Positions 21,485-31,535 of a stretch of DNA of 64,000 nucleotides are shown here, one piece after another. The notes beneath the pieces are model-generated. The model worked only from the letters and a program-made list of their open reading frames with translations, had not been told where the DNA came from and did not search any database. This stretch comes from an uncultured Hydrogenophilales bacterium (GTDB taxonomy: Bacteria; Pseudomonadota; Gammaproteobacteria; Burkholderiales; Thiobacillaceae). Within the stretch, counting starts at the first letter, position 1. Each line of letters opens with the position of its first letter. A program made the translations under genes and the position numbers. Location of the stretch: the NCBI GenBank assembly GCA_963818665.1, contig CAWFTM010000014.1:147404-211403 (forward strand), in the 5' to 3' direction.

Positions 21485-22372
21485 ATGAAAAAAATCTTGA
21501 TTGTGGGGTTTGGCGACGTGGCCGAGCGGCTGGTTCGGTTCTACGCCGGCCAGGCGGAATTCATCGGCCTGGTTCGCCGTCCCGAACGCGTCGCCGACCT
21601 GCGTGCGCTGGGCGTGACCCCCTATGTGGCCGACCTGGATGTGTCCGCCAGCCTGCGCCGTCTGCCGCGCGTCGATGGCGTGCTGCACTTCGCGCCGCCG
21701 CCGAACGAGGGCAAAACCGATCCCCGCACCACCCATCTGCTGCACGCGTTGACCCGTCACGGCAAGCCCGGCGCGCTGGTCTACATCAGCACCAGCGGCG
21801 TCTACGGCGATTGCGGCGGCCACTGGGTGAGCGAGACGCGCGCGGTGGCGCCGGTCAACGGCCGCGCGGTGCGCCGGGTCGACGCCGAGCGCCAGTTGCG
21901 TGCCTGGGGCGAGACCTTTCGCGTACAGGTCAGCATCCTGCGTGCGCCCGGCATCTATGCCGCCGACCGCCTGCCGCTGGAGCGGATCAAACGCGGCACT
22001 CCGGCCCTGATCGCCAGGGACGACAGCTACACCAACCACATCCATGCCGACGACCTGGCGCGCCTGGCGTGGGCGGCGCTGTTCCGTGGCCGCGCGCAAC
22101 GCATCTACCACGCAGTCGATGCGCATCCGTTGAAAATGGGCGACTGGTTCGACAGCTGTGCCGATGCGTTCGATCTGGCGCGGCCGCCGCGCGTCCAGCG
22201 CGCCGAAGCGGAGAAGGTGTTGTCGGAGGCCCTGCTGTCGTTCCTGCGCGAGTCGCGGCAGTTGTCGAATGCGCGCACCACGCGCGAACTGCGGCTGAAA
22301 TACCGTTATCCGACGTCCGACGACCTGCTGCGTGAAATCAAACAGCAACGCGGCCAGATGGCCTTGTTTTGA
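21485..22372 (+). CDS. NAD-dependent epimerase/dehydratase (extended SDR, YeeZ-like)
   Basis: ILIVGFGDVA, YISTSGVYGD, NHIHADDLA. Confidence 0.88.
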   Translation: MKKILIVGFGDVAERLVRFYAGQAEFIGLVRRPERVADLRALGVTPYVADLDVSASLRRLPRVDGVLHFAPPPNEGKTDPRTTHLLHALTRHGKPGALVYISTSGVYGDCGGHWVSETRAVAPVNGRAVRRVDAERQLRAWGETFRVQVSILRAPGIYAADRLPLERIKRGTPALIARDDSYTNHIHADDLARLAWAALFRGRAQRIYHAVDAHPLKMGDWFDSCADAFDLARPPRVQRAEAEKVLSEALLSFLRESRQLSNARTTRELRLKYRYPTSDDLLREIKQQRGQMALF

Positions 22373-22381
22373 ATTCGCGGT

Positions 22382-22789
22382 TCAGCGCAGCAGATCGTCC
22401 GGCTCGCGCTTGAATTCGCCTTCCAGCACATCGTCGTTGGCGGAGCGCAGCGGGTCGGATGTGCGACGTGCCCAGCTGCCGGGCATCAGCAACAGCACCA
22501 GCGCAATGGCATCGCTGATGAAGCCGGGGAAGACAAGCAGACCGCCGGCGAGGAGAATGCGCCCGGTGGCGAACAGCGAGGCCAGCGGATGCGCGCCGGA
22601 CTGCACCGAAAACAGCAGGCGCGCGCCCCAGGCGACGCGCTCGACGCGGATCAGCGCGAGGCCGGCGATGGCGGCGAGCAACAGCCACAGCAGCACCCAG
22701 CCGCCGATGGCGCTGGCGACCCAGAAGATACCGATGGCCTCGAGCACCGGAAATGACAACAGCAGTAGCACAATCCAACCAAAGCGCAT
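22382..22789 (-). CDS. fxsA: FxsA-family membrane protein
   Basis: GGLLVFPGFISDAIAL; C-terminal VLEGEFKRE. Confidence 0.88.
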   Translation of the reverse strand: MRFGWIVLLLLSFPVLEAIGIFWVASAIGGWVLLWLLLAAIAGLALIRVERVAWGARLLFSVQSGAHPLASLFATGRILLAGGLLVFPGFISDAIALVLLLMPGSWARRTSDPLRSANDDVLEGEFKREPDDLLR

Positions 22790-22792
22790 GTG

Positions 22793-23116
22793 ATGGAACC
22801 TTTGTTAATCTTGACCAATGTACCCGATCAGGCCACCGCCGAGAAACTGGCGCGGGCCTTGATCGATGAAGGTGCGGCGGCGTGTGTGAACGTTTTGGCG
22901 CCGTGCCGCTCCATTTACCGGTGGCAGGGCGCGGTGGAGGCGGCAGACGAGATTCCGTTGCTGATCAAAAGCACGGCGGCGAATTACGCCGACGTTGAAC
23001 GCATCGTCCGCGCGCAGCACCCTTACGACGTACCCGAACTGATCGCCCTACCCATCACGCAAGGACTGCCCGCCTGGCTCGCCTGGCTGGCACAGGAGAC
23101 TGAACGACATGATTGA
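22793..23116 (+). CDS. cutA: Divalent-cation tolerance protein CutA
   Basis: AACVN...SIYRWQG...HPYDVPELIALPI. Confidence 0.95.
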   Translation: MEPLLILTNVPDQATAEKLARALIDEGAAACVNVLAPCRSIYRWQGAVEAADEIPLLIKSTAANYADVERIVRAQHPYDVPELIALPITQGLPAWLAWLAQETERHD

Positions 23117-25388
23117 AAAGTGGATACGACTGCTTGGCGCATTGCCGGTACTTTGGGGCGCGCTGGTGCTTTCGCAAGGGGCGCTGGCCGAAGAAGACTT
23201 TCTCGAGCCCGAGGCCGCGTTCCAGTTCTCCGCCCGGGCGCTGGATGCCCACACGCTGGAAGCACGCTGGCAGATTGCCGACGGCTATTACATGTACCGC
23301 GACAAGTTCAAGCTCGAGCTGAAAGGTGCTGTGCTCGGCCAGCCGGTGCTGCCTGCCGGCAAGGTGAAGCAGGACGAGAATTTCGGCAAGGTCGAAACCT
23401 ATCGCAAGGACGTGCGCATCCGCCTGCCGATCGAGCGCGCGCCAGGTGCGACGGCGGTGACGCTGAAGGCGGTTTCGCAGGGCTGCGCCGATGCCGGGCT
23501 GTGCTACACGCCGCAAACTGCCAGCATGACGGTCGCGCTGCCTGCGGCTGTCGCCGAAACTGCACCCGCTGCCTCGCGCACGCCAGCCCCGGCACTGGGC
23601 GGCCTGGTCAACCTGGCCAGCAGCATGGGCATGCCGAAATTGCTGCCGCCGGACGAGGCCTTTCTGGTTGCGGCGACCCTGGTCGATGCACAAACCGTCA
23701 AGCTCGATTTCACCCCCACACCCGACACCTATCTGTATCGCGACAAGTTCGACTGGACGGTCAAGTCGCCGGTCGATGTGAAGGTGTTGCGTGCCGATCT
23801 CCCCGCGGGTGAAGTCAAAAACGACCCCAATTTCCCCACCCCGATGGAGGTGTATCACCACGACACGGCCGCCACGCTGACCCTGTCGCGTGCCTTGTCC
23901 GCTGGCGAAAAACTGGTGATCGAGGCGGGCTGGCAGGGCTGCAATGAAAAGGTCGGCGTCTGCTATCCGCCGCTCAAGCGCGACTTCACGCTGACCGCGG
24001 CAGGGGGTGCCTCGACTGCGGTCAACGCCACGGTTGCATCCGCTGCTGCCGCACCGGCCGCTGCCGCCAGCGAATCCGACACCTCGAAGATCGAGCGCGT
24101 ACTCAAGGGTGGCAGCTTCTGGGCAGTGGTCGCCACCTTCTTCGGCTTCGGCCTGTTGCTCGCGCTGACGCCCTGCGTGTTCCCGATGATCCCGATCCTG
24201 TCGGGCATCATCGCCGGGCAGAACAAAACGCTTACCAAGACCAGCGGCTTCCTGCTGTCGCTCGCCTACGTGCTGGGCATGGCGATCACCTACGCGCTGG
24301 CCGGCGTGGCGGCGGCGCTCTCCGGCACGCTGATCTCCAACGCCTTGCAGAATCCGTGGGCGCTCGGCATCGGCGCGGGCGTGTTCGTGCTGCTCGCGCT
24401 GTCGATGTTCGGCTTCTTCGAAATCCAGTTGCCGAGCGCCATCCAGAGCAAGTTCAACGATGCCTCGAACAAGATGAAGGGCGGCAATTTCATCGGCGTC
24501 TTCGTCATGGGCGCGCTGTCCGCCGTCATCGTCGGCCCCTGCGTGGCGCCGCCGCTGGCCGCCGCGCTCGCCTTCATCGCGCAGACCGGCAACACCACGC
24601 TCGGCGGCGTCGCGCTGTTCGTGCTGGCGCTCGGCATGGGGGTGCCGCTGCTGCTGGTCGGGCTGTCGGCAGGCGCCTTGCTGCCGCGCGCCGGCGGCTG
24701 GATGAACGCGGTGAAGTATTTCTTCGGCGTGCTGATGCTGGCGATCGCGATCTATCTCATCTCGCCCATCATTCCGGCCTGGGTCAACATGCTGCTGTGG
24801 GCGCTGCTGCTGATCGGCTCGGCGATCTACCTGCACGCGCTCGATCCCTTGCCGGCGCATGTGTCGGGCTGGTCGCGCCTGTGGAAGGGCTTCGGCGTGG
24901 TGCTGCTGATCAGCGGGCTGGCGCTGATACTCGGGATGCTGGCAGGCAGCCGCGACCTGCTGCAGCCGCTCGGCATTTTCAAGGGCGGCGTGGGCGGCAC
25001 GGCGCAGGCGGCCGAGGCGCATGGCCTGGCATTCGACAGGGTCAAGGATGTCGCCGAACTCGACGCACGTCTGGCAGCGGCCAAGGCCGACGGCCGCGCG
25101 GTGATGCTCGACTTTTATGCCGACTGGTGCGTGTCGTGCAAGGAAATGGAACGCTTCACCTTCAGCGACCCCAAGGTGCAGGCGCGGCTGAAGGACGTGG
25201 TGCTGCTGCAGGCGGATGTCACCGCCAACAGCGACGCCGACAAGGCGCTGCTCAAGCGCTTCGGGCTGTTCGGCCCGCCCGGGCTGATTTTCTGGACACC
25301 CGACGGGACGCAGTCGGATTACCAGGTGATCGGTTTCGAAAAAGCCGAGAAATTCATGGCCAGCATCGACGCCGCGCTGGGCAGGTAA
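23109..25388 (+). CDS. dsbD: Thiol:disulfide interchange protein DsbD with two N-terminal Ig-like domains
   Basis: QGCADAGLCYTP and QGCNEKVGVCYPP; LTPCVFPMIPILS; GPCVAPPL; FYADWCVSCKEME. Confidence 0.95.
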   Translation: MIEKWIRLLGALPVLWGALVLSQGALAEEDFLEPEAAFQFSARALDAHTLEARWQIADGYYMYRDKFKLELKGAVLGQPVLPAGKVKQDENFGKVETYRKDVRIRLPIERAPGATAVTLKAVSQGCADAGLCYTPQTASMTVALPAAVAETAPAASRTPAPALGGLVNLASSMGMPKLLPPDEAFLVAATLVDAQTVKLDFTPTPDTYLYRDKFDWTVKSPVDVKVLRADLPAGEVKNDPNFPTPMEVYHHDTAATLTLSRALSAGEKLVIEAGWQGCNEKVGVCYPPLKRDFTLTAAGGASTAVNATVASAAAAPAAAASESDTSKIERVLKGGSFWAVVATFFGFGLLLALTPCVFPMIPILSGIIAGQNKTLTKTSGFLLSLAYVLGMAITYALAGVAAALSGTLISNALQNPWALGIGAGVFVLLALSMFGFFEIQLPSAIQSKFNDASNKMKGGNFIGVFVMGALSAVIVGPCVAPPLAAALAFIAQTGNTTLGGVALFVLALGMGVPLLLVGLSAGALLPRAGGWMNAVKYFFGVLMLAIAIYLISPIIPAWVNMLLWALLLIGSAIYLHALDPLPAHVSGWSRLWKGFGVVLLISGLALILGMLAGSRDLLQPLGIFKGGVGGTAQAAEAHGLAFDRVKDVAELDARLAAAKADGRAVMLDFYADWCVSCKEMERFTFSDPKVQARLKDVVLLQADVTANSDADKALLKRFGLFGPPGLIFWTPDGTQSDYQVIGFEKAEKFMASIDAALGR

Positions 25389-25397
25389 GCGCCTGCT

Positions 25398-26465
25398 TCA
25401 GGGCTGGCGCCGCAGCACCGCGATGGCGTCGATCAGAGGGGTGACGATGGGCTGGATCTTGCGCCGCATCAGCGAACCGATCGCGGTGGTCTTGAGGAAG
25501 ATCGGCCGCACGGTGTCGGCGTCCACGGCGGCGAGCGCGTCGAGCGCGGCGCAATCGGCTTCCAGTTGCGGGGCGGCGGCCAGCAGCGCGGCGCGGGCCG
25601 CATCGCGCGTGGCCGCATCGGCCTGACGCAGCGGCGCGCACCAGTGGGCCAGCGCGTTCAGCGTGTGGTTCACCACTTCCTGCACCTCCGGACGATCCAG
25701 GATGAGCGCGGTGGTGGCGAGGAAGGTCTGTCCCTGTCCGGACAATGCCTTGTCCAGCATCAGGCTGTACGGATTGCCGGCCAGTTGCGGCACGCTGCCA
25801 TGGTCCGTGCGTGCCGCACGCGGGTTGGGCAGGTCGTCGGGCTGCAATTCGAGGAAGGCGACGTAATACGAATTGCGGCTGTTGCCGCGCTTCCACATCG
25901 ACAGCCGTTCGGCTTCGGTGAGCACGCCCGAATACAGCATCACCGCGATGGTATCGAGAATGCCGACGTCGTCCTCGTGCAGGAAGGCCAGATGGTCGAC
26001 CAGAAATTCCGCCAGCGTGCGCCCCATGCTGCCCTTGCACACCACGTCGCGCATCAGCATCAGGCGCGCGTTCTCGATGGTCGGCATGCACCACCAGGCG
26101 TAGCGCGCCAGTTCGTCGGTGAGCGCGGGCGAGTGCACCACCGCGACCACCGCTTCCTCTTCGGCAATGAGCAGCAACTGCGCCAGATGCTGGGTCGACA
26201 GCCCGGCCTGCGATTGCCGTGTCCAGCGGGTGAGGTGGACCGGGTAGCCGCCGGGCGAACCCAGCGCGTGGCCGGACAGTTGTTCGCGCACCCGTTTCAG
26301 ATAGCGGTCGGCGCGCTCGTTGGGCTTCAGCGGCACGCTGGCTTCACCCTGCGGCGTCAGCGCCCACAGCGTCATGTTCGATTCGTCGATGCGCACCGCC
26401 TTGAGGTCGGTGTTGAAGAGGACGTTGAGCCGCAGTTCGTCCTCGGGCGACAGTTCGTCGTTCAT
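25398..26465 (-). CDS. dsrS: DsrS-family protein (reverse-Dsr sulfur oxidation associated)
   Basis: [16 protein letters not shown]...RIDES...[29 protein letters not shown] matches the DsrS N-terminus as I recall it. Confidence 0.82.
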   Translation of the reverse strand: MNDELSPEDELRLNVLFNTDLKAVRIDESNMTLWALTPQGEASVPLKPNERADRYLKRVREQLSGHALGSPGGYPVHLTRWTRQSQAGLSTQHLAQLLLIAEEEAVVAVVHSPALTDELARYAWWCMPTIENARLMLMRDVVCKGSMGRTLAEFLVDHLAFLHEDDVGILDTIAVMLYSGVLTEAERLSMWKRGNSRNSYYVAFLELQPDDLPNPRAARTDHGSVPQLAGNPYSLMLDKALSGQGQTFLATTALILDRPEVQEVVNHTLNALAHWCAPLRQADAATRDAARAALLAAAPQLEADCAALDALAAVDADTVRPIFLKTTAIGSLMRRKIQPIVTPLIDAIAVLRRQP

Positions 26466-27739
26466 AGCGCTTTGAATACCGCACGCGCGGCTGCAATCGT
26501 GGCGTCGATGTCGGCGTCGCTGTGCGCGGCGGAGACGAAGCCCGCTTCGAATGCGGAGGGCGCGAGGTAGATGCCGTGGTCGAGCATGGCGTGGAAGAAA
26601 CGGTTGAATTTCTCCTTGTCGCCCTGCATCACTTCGGCAAAGCTCGCCGGCGGCTTCGCTGCAAAATACAGGCCGAACATGCCGCCGACCGAATCGGCAC
26701 AGAAGGTGACGCCGGCGTCTCGCGCGGCGGCGTTGAGACCCTTGACCAGGCGCTCGGTGCTGGCAGTGAGGCGCGCATGGAAGCCCGGTTCGCTGATGGC
26801 GTCGAGCGTGGCCAGACCTGCGGCCACTGCCACCGGATTGCCCGACAGCGTGCCCGCCTGGTACACCGGCCCGATCGGCGCCAGCGCATCCATCACGTCG
26901 GCGCGGCCGCCGAAGGCACCGACCGGCATGCCGCCGCCGATGACCTTGCCGAGCGTGGTCAGGTCCGGCTTGATGCCGAGCAGTTTCTGCGCGCAGCCGA
27001 GGTCGACGCGAAAGCCCGTCATCACCTCGTCGAAGATCAGGAGGGCACCGTGCGCGTCGCACAGCCGGCGCATCGCCGCCATGAATTCGGCGGTCGGCTT
27101 CACCAGGTTCATGTTGCCGGCGAACGGCTCGACGATGATGCAGGCAATTTCGTGCCCGATCTCGGCGAAGGTTTTTTCCAGACCGGCGACGTCGTTGTAA
27201 TCCAGCACGATGGTCTGCGCCGCGACTTCCGGCGGCACGCCGGCCGACGTCGGGTTGCCGAAGGTGAGCGCGCCGGAGCCCGCCTTCACCAGCAGGAAAT
27301 CGGCGTGGCCGTGGTAGCAGCCTTCGAACTTGATGAACTTGCTGCGGCCGGTGAAACCGCGGGCGAGGCGGATCGCGCTCATCGTCGCCTCGGTGCCGGA
27401 CGACACCAGGCGCACTTTCTCGATACTGGGCACCAGTTCGATGATGCGGCGGGCGATGGTGAGTTCGGCCTCAGACGGTGCGCCGAACGACAGGCCGTTG
27501 ACGGCGGCATCCTGCACCGCCTTCACCGTGCCGGGATGGGCGTGGCCGAGAATCGCCGGGCCCCACGAACCGACATAGTCGATGTATTCGCGGCCATCGG
27601 CGTCCCACACGCGCGATCCCTTGGCGCGGCTGAAAAATACCGGGGTGCCGCCGACGCTCTTGAAGGCGCGCACCGGCGAGTTCACGCCGCCGGGGATGAC
27701 TTTTTGCGATTGTTCAAACAGGGTTTCGTTGCGATTCAT
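26462..27739 (-). CDS. hemL: Glutamate-1-semialdehyde 2,1-aminomutase
   Basis: [47 protein letters not shown]. Confidence 0.97.
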   Translation of the reverse strand: MNRNETLFEQSQKVIPGGVNSPVRAFKSVGGTPVFFSRAKGSRVWDADGREYIDYVGSWGPAILGHAHPGTVKAVQDAAVNGLSFGAPSEAELTIARRIIELVPSIEKVRLVSSGTEATMSAIRLARGFTGRSKFIKFEGCYHGHADFLLVKAGSGALTFGNPTSAGVPPEVAAQTIVLDYNDVAGLEKTFAEIGHEIACIIVEPFAGNMNLVKPTAEFMAAMRRLCDAHGALLIFDEVMTGFRVDLGCAQKLLGIKPDLTTLGKVIGGGMPVGAFGGRADVMDALAPIGPVYQAGTLSGNPVAVAAGLATLDAISEPGFHARLTASTERLVKGLNAAARDAGVTFCADSVGGMFGLYFAAKPPASFAEVMQGDKEKFNRFFHAMLDHGIYLAPSAFEAGFVSAAHSDADIDATIAAARAVFKAL

Positions 27740-27749
27740 GCTTCGGGTC

Positions 27750-28385
27750 TCATTCTTCGGGTTCGGCTGCAAACAATTGATTCAGGGCGTGCGCGCTGGC
27801 ACGGATGTCGGCGGCGTCGAACAGCGCCGACAACAGGGCGAGGCTGTCGGCACCGGCATCGAGCAAAGCGGGTGCGTTGGCGAGGGTGATGCCGCCGATG
27901 GCGACAATCGGGATCTGGATCGTCCGGGTTGCCGCGCGCAACAAAGCGGTGTCAGCCCGCGCAGCATCCGGTTTGGTCGGTGACGGAAAAAAGCTGCCGA
28001 ACGCGACATAGTCGGCGCCCGCCGACTGCGCGGCCTGCGCCAGTTCGACGCTTTGATAGCACGATGCGCCGATGAATTTGTTTTTGCCGAGAATGATGCG
28101 CGCTTCGCGCAGGCTGCCGTCGTCGCGCCCGAGGTGCACGCCGTCGGCATCGGTCAGGTCGGCCAGCCGCAGGTCGTCGTTGACGATCAGCGGTACCCCG
28201 AAGCGGCGGCACAACGCGACCAGTTCGCTGGCCTGCTCGTGGCGGCGCGCGACGTCGCCGGATTTGTCGCGGTACTGCACCGCCGCCACGCCGCCTGCCA
28301 GAGCCGCTTCGACCTGCGCCAGCAGGCGTTCGGTATCGACGGTTTCGGGGGTGATGGCGTAGAGGCCGCCAGGAAATTCAGGCAT
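27750..28385 (-). CDS. thiE: Thiamine phosphate synthase
   Basis: [40 protein letters not shown]. Confidence 0.93.
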   Translation of the reverse strand: MPEFPGGLYAITPETVDTERLLAQVEAALAGGVAAVQYRDKSGDVARRHEQASELVALCRRFGVPLIVNDDLRLADLTDADGVHLGRDDGSLREARIILGKNKFIGASCYQSVELAQAAQSAGADYVAFGSFFPSPTKPDAARADTALLRAATRTIQIPIVAIGGITLANAPALLDAGADSLALLSALFDAADIRASAHALNQLFAAEPEE

Positions 28386-29220
28386 TGCCTTCCGTCTGCC
28401 CTTCCTGCGCCCAGAAAAACCGCTCGGGGATGTATTGCCCCATGCCGGGACGGAACGCGGCCTTGAGGGCTTCGTAGGTGAAGTTTTGCGCCTCGCGCAC
28501 TGCGGTCGGCATGTCCTGACCGTAGGCCAGGGTAGCGGCAATGGCCGAGGCGAGGGTGCAGCCGGAGCCGTGATAACTGCCGGGCAGTCGGTCCCAGGCG
28601 TCGGTCTGCACGTGGCCGTCGAGGTTGTACAGGCTGTTCAGTACGCGCGGCGTGGCTTCGTGGGTGCCCGTGACCAGCACGTATTCGCAGCCGAGATCGA
28701 TCAGATGTTTGGCGCAGGCGGCCAGATCCATGTCGTCCTCGTCCGATTCGAACAGCGCCAGGCGGCGCGCTTCGTGGCTGTTGGGGGTGAGGATGCTGGT
28801 TTGCGGAATCAGCAGGTCGCGCATCGCCGCGATCATGTCGTCGGTGGTGAACTCGTCGCCGCGCCCGGAAGCCAGCACCGGGTCGAGCACCACCGGGATG
28901 TCGGGATAGTCGGCGAGGATCTCGGCGATCACCGCCATCGATTCCGGGCTGCCCAGCATGCCCAGCTTGAATGCAGCGACTGGGACGTCTTCGAGCAGCA
29001 TGCGTGCCTGATCCATCACCCACTCGGAATCGATCACCAGAATCTCATCGACCCCGGCGGTGTCCTGCACTGTCAGTGCGGTAATGACCGACAGCGGATG
29101 GCAACCCATGCTGGCCAGCGTCAACAGATCGGCCTGAATGCCTGCACCGCCGGTGGGATCGGACGCGGCAAAGCTGAGCACCAGCGGTGGCGTGGGTTTG
29201 GGGGAGAAAATGGGCGGCAT
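28378..29220 (-). CDS. thiD: Hydroxymethylpyrimidine/phosphomethylpyrimidine kinase
   Basis: SDPTGGAGIQAD, VVLDPVL, LTPN, YHGSGCTLASAIA. Confidence 0.9.
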   Translation of the reverse strand: MPPIFSPKPTPPLVLSFAASDPTGGAGIQADLLTLASMGCHPLSVITALTVQDTAGVDEILVIDSEWVMDQARMLLEDVPVAAFKLGMLGSPESMAVIAEILADYPDIPVVLDPVLASGRGDEFTTDDMIAAMRDLLIPQTSILTPNSHEARRLALFESDEDDMDLAACAKHLIDLGCEYVLVTGTHEATPRVLNSLYNLDGHVQTDAWDRLPGSYHGSGCTLASAIAATLAYGQDMPTAVREAQNFTYEALKAAFRPGMGQYIPERFFWAQEGQTEGNA

Positions 29221-29273
29221 GGCGTCACTGCTTTAAAATCAAGCTCCGATTTTAGCCGATTCCCCTGCTCCCC

Positions 29274-29456
29274 ATGACCTCTGCCCCTGAATACAAAAGC
29301 TGGATGTGCCTGATTTGCGGCTGGATTTATCACGAGGAGGCCGGCGCGCCCGACGACGGCATTCCACCCGGCACGCGCTGGGAAGACGTGCCGATCAACT
29401 GGACCTGCCCGGACTGCGGGGCGCGCAAGGACGATTTCGAGATGGTGGCGTTTTAG
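29274..29456 (+). CDS. Rubredoxin
   Basis: WMCLICGWIY...WTCPDCGA. Confidence 0.95.
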   Translation: MTSAPEYKSWMCLICGWIYHEEAGAPDDGIPPGTRWEDVPINWTCPDCGARKDDFEMVAF

Positions 29457-29630
29457 TTTGCGGTTGGTTTCCTGAAGTTTTTGCGGGTGTGTGCTCAAGA
29501 AAAGTGCGGCGACGGGCGTTAGAGCGTTAGCGGAGCAAAGTGGGGTCGCACCCGCACCCTGCCTCTGGCCAGCAAGAGGGCTGTCAGCCTTCATGGCCGG
29601 GCGGGAATAGAAACTTCAAATCAGGAGACG

Positions 29631-30539
29631 ATGATGATTATTCGGTGGATTTCAACGTGGGTTCTGCTCACTTTTTCGGCAAGCGTATGGGCGATCTCTC
29701 CCTATATCCAGGGCGACTCGGTGGCCGGCGGCAACGTCCAGGCTGCAGCGACGGCAGTGGAAGCGAAGCTCAAGAATCATGGCTTCAAGGTGGTCGGCAA
29801 GTATTTTCCCAAGAATCTGGCCGGCTATGGCGTCGTGATTGCCACGGACGCCGACATGCTGGATGCCGTGGGCTCGGTGGGTGGCAATGCCGTGCTGGGT
29901 GCCGCGATTCGCGTGGGCGTGAAGGCGGATGGCAGCGTGGCGTATACCAATCCCGATTACTGGTATCGCGCTTATTTCCGTAAATCCTTCGACAAGAAGG
30001 AAAGTGAAGTCAAGGCGTTGCAAGGACGTCTGGAGACTGCGCTGGGTGCGGGCAAGGGCGTGGGCGGCAACGAAGAAGCAAGCGGCCTGACCAATTACCG
30101 CTACATGATCGGCATGGAGCGTCTGGATTCGTCGAAAAGCAAGCTGGCCGAATATGGCAGCTTCGACGAGGCACTGAAGGCGGTACGCAGCAATCTGGCC
30201 AAAGGCGTGGGCAATACCGCCAAGATCTACGAGGTGGTGATCCCGGGCCGCAAACTGGCCGTGTTCGGCGTGGCGATGAACGACGCCGAGAACAACGACG
30301 GCGACTGGATCAAGAAAATCGAAATGCAGAACAGCGTCGCGGGTCTGCCTTACGAGATTTACATCGTCGACAAGGACGTGCAGTCGCCGTTTGCACGCTT
30401 CCGCATCGCGCTGGCTTTCCCCGATGTCGGCATGGGCCAGTTCATGCGGATTTCGTCGCTGCCGGGTGACATCCAGGACACCATGGGCGAAGTGGCAGGT
30501 GCCAAAAAGGAAAGCGAAGAAACCTCTACCTGGCAGTAA
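29631..30539 (+). CDS. Exported conserved hypothetical protein (possibly tandem DUF302-like fold)
   Basis: AGGAG RBS, signal peptide ending VWA, native codon usage, followed by a terminator. Confidence 0.75.
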   Translation: MMIIRWISTWVLLTFSASVWAISPYIQGDSVAGGNVQAAATAVEAKLKNHGFKVVGKYFPKNLAGYGVVIATDADMLDAVGSVGGNAVLGAAIRVGVKADGSVAYTNPDYWYRAYFRKSFDKKESEVKALQGRLETALGAGKGVGGNEEASGLTNYRYMIGMERLDSSKSKLAEYGSFDEALKAVRSNLAKGVGNTAKIYEVVIPGRKLAVFGVAMNDAENNDGDWIKKIEMQNSVAGLPYEIYIVDKDVQSPFARFRIALAFPDVGMGQFMRISSLPGDIQDTMGEVAGAKKESEETSTWQ

Positions 30540-30563
30540 ATCTGTCCCTGTAACGGGTCGGTG

Positions 30564-30592
30564 AAAGGGCGTTGCGATGCAACGCCCTTTTT
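30564..30592 (+). terminator. Rho-independent terminator
   Basis: AAAGGGCGTTGC-GAT-GCAACGCCCTTTTT. Confidence 0.85.
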
Positions 30593-30724
30593 GTTTGTGC
30601 GCGATTTCGATATAGATGCAATGCAAATGCAGCATGCACTAAAGAATGCCGGCGCCGATGCCGTAATGATTAGCACACGGGGTGGCAAGTGTCACTCACT
30701 CGGAAGTCCTGGTGGAGAAAGCAT

Positions 30725-31117
30725 GTGGATAACGAAGCATTGAAAGGCGTCAAGGTCATGGTCATCGACGACAGCAACACCATACGCCGCAGCGCGGAAA
30801 TCTTTCTGAATCAGGCGGGCTGCGAAGTCATCCTGGCGCAGGACGGTTTCGATGCGCTGTCCAAGATTACCGATCACGAGCCGGACGTGGTGTTCGTCGA
30901 CATCATGATGCCGCGTCTCGATGGCTATCAAACCTGTTCGCTGATCAAGCGCAACGCCAAATACCGCACCACGCCGGTGATCATGCTGTCGTCCAAGGAC
31001 GGACTGTTTGATCGCGCGCGCGGCCGCATGGTGGGGTCGGATGAATATCTGACCAAGCCGTTTACCAAGGACACCCTGCTGACGGCAGTGCGCGAGCACG
31101 CGTGCGCCAGGGTTTAA
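30725..31117 (+). CDS. pilG: Pil-Chp response regulator PilG
   Basis: KVMVIDDSNTIRRSAE...LSSKDGLFDRARGRMVGSDEYLTKPF; GTG start after GGAG. Confidence 0.93.
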   Translation: MDNEALKGVKVMVIDDSNTIRRSAEIFLNQAGCEVILAQDGFDALSKITDHEPDVVFVDIMMPRLDGYQTCSLIKRNAKYRTTPVIMLSSKDGLFDRARGRMVGSDEYLTKPFTKDTLLTAVREHACARV

Positions 31118-31159
31118 CGGATTTACTAGGGTTTAACCGTTTTTCAAGGAGCAAAAATT

Positions 31160-31525
31160 ATGTCGATCAGCCGAATTCTGGTTGTGGATGATTCCCCCAC
31201 CGAGCGTTTCTTTTTATCCGAGCTTCTGGTCAAGAACGGCTATCTGGTGAGCATGGCGGAAAGCGGCGAAGAAGCCGTGGCGCAGGCCAAGCAGACGCTG
31301 CCGGATTTGATCGTGATGGATGTGGTGATGCCCGGCATGAACGGCTATCAGGCCACGCGCATGATTTCCAAGGAAGATGCGACCAAGCATATCCCGGTCA
31401 TCATGTGCACCACCAAAGGCCAGGAAACCGACAAGGTCTGGGGCATGCGCCAGGGCGCCAAAGCCTATCTGGTGAAGCCGGTGAAGCCGGAAGATTTGCT
31501 GTCGCAGATCAAGGCGCTTGGCTGA
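31160..31525 (+). CDS. pilH: Pil-Chp response regulator PilH
   Basis: ILVVDDSPTE...CTTKGQETDKVWGMRQGA. Confidence 0.95.
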   Translation: MSISRILVVDDSPTERFFLSELLVKNGYLVSMAESGEEAVAQAKQTLPDLIVMDVVMPGMNGYQATRMISKEDATKHIPVIMCTTKGQETDKVWGMRQGAKAYLVKPVKPEDLLSQIKALG

Positions 31526-31535
31526 GTGAATCGCG

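Noticed and set aside
30610-31140. ATGCA x4 upstream of pilG and AGGGTTTAAC x2 between pilG and pilH
   Set aside because: Too short to distinguish from chance or to assign to a regulator
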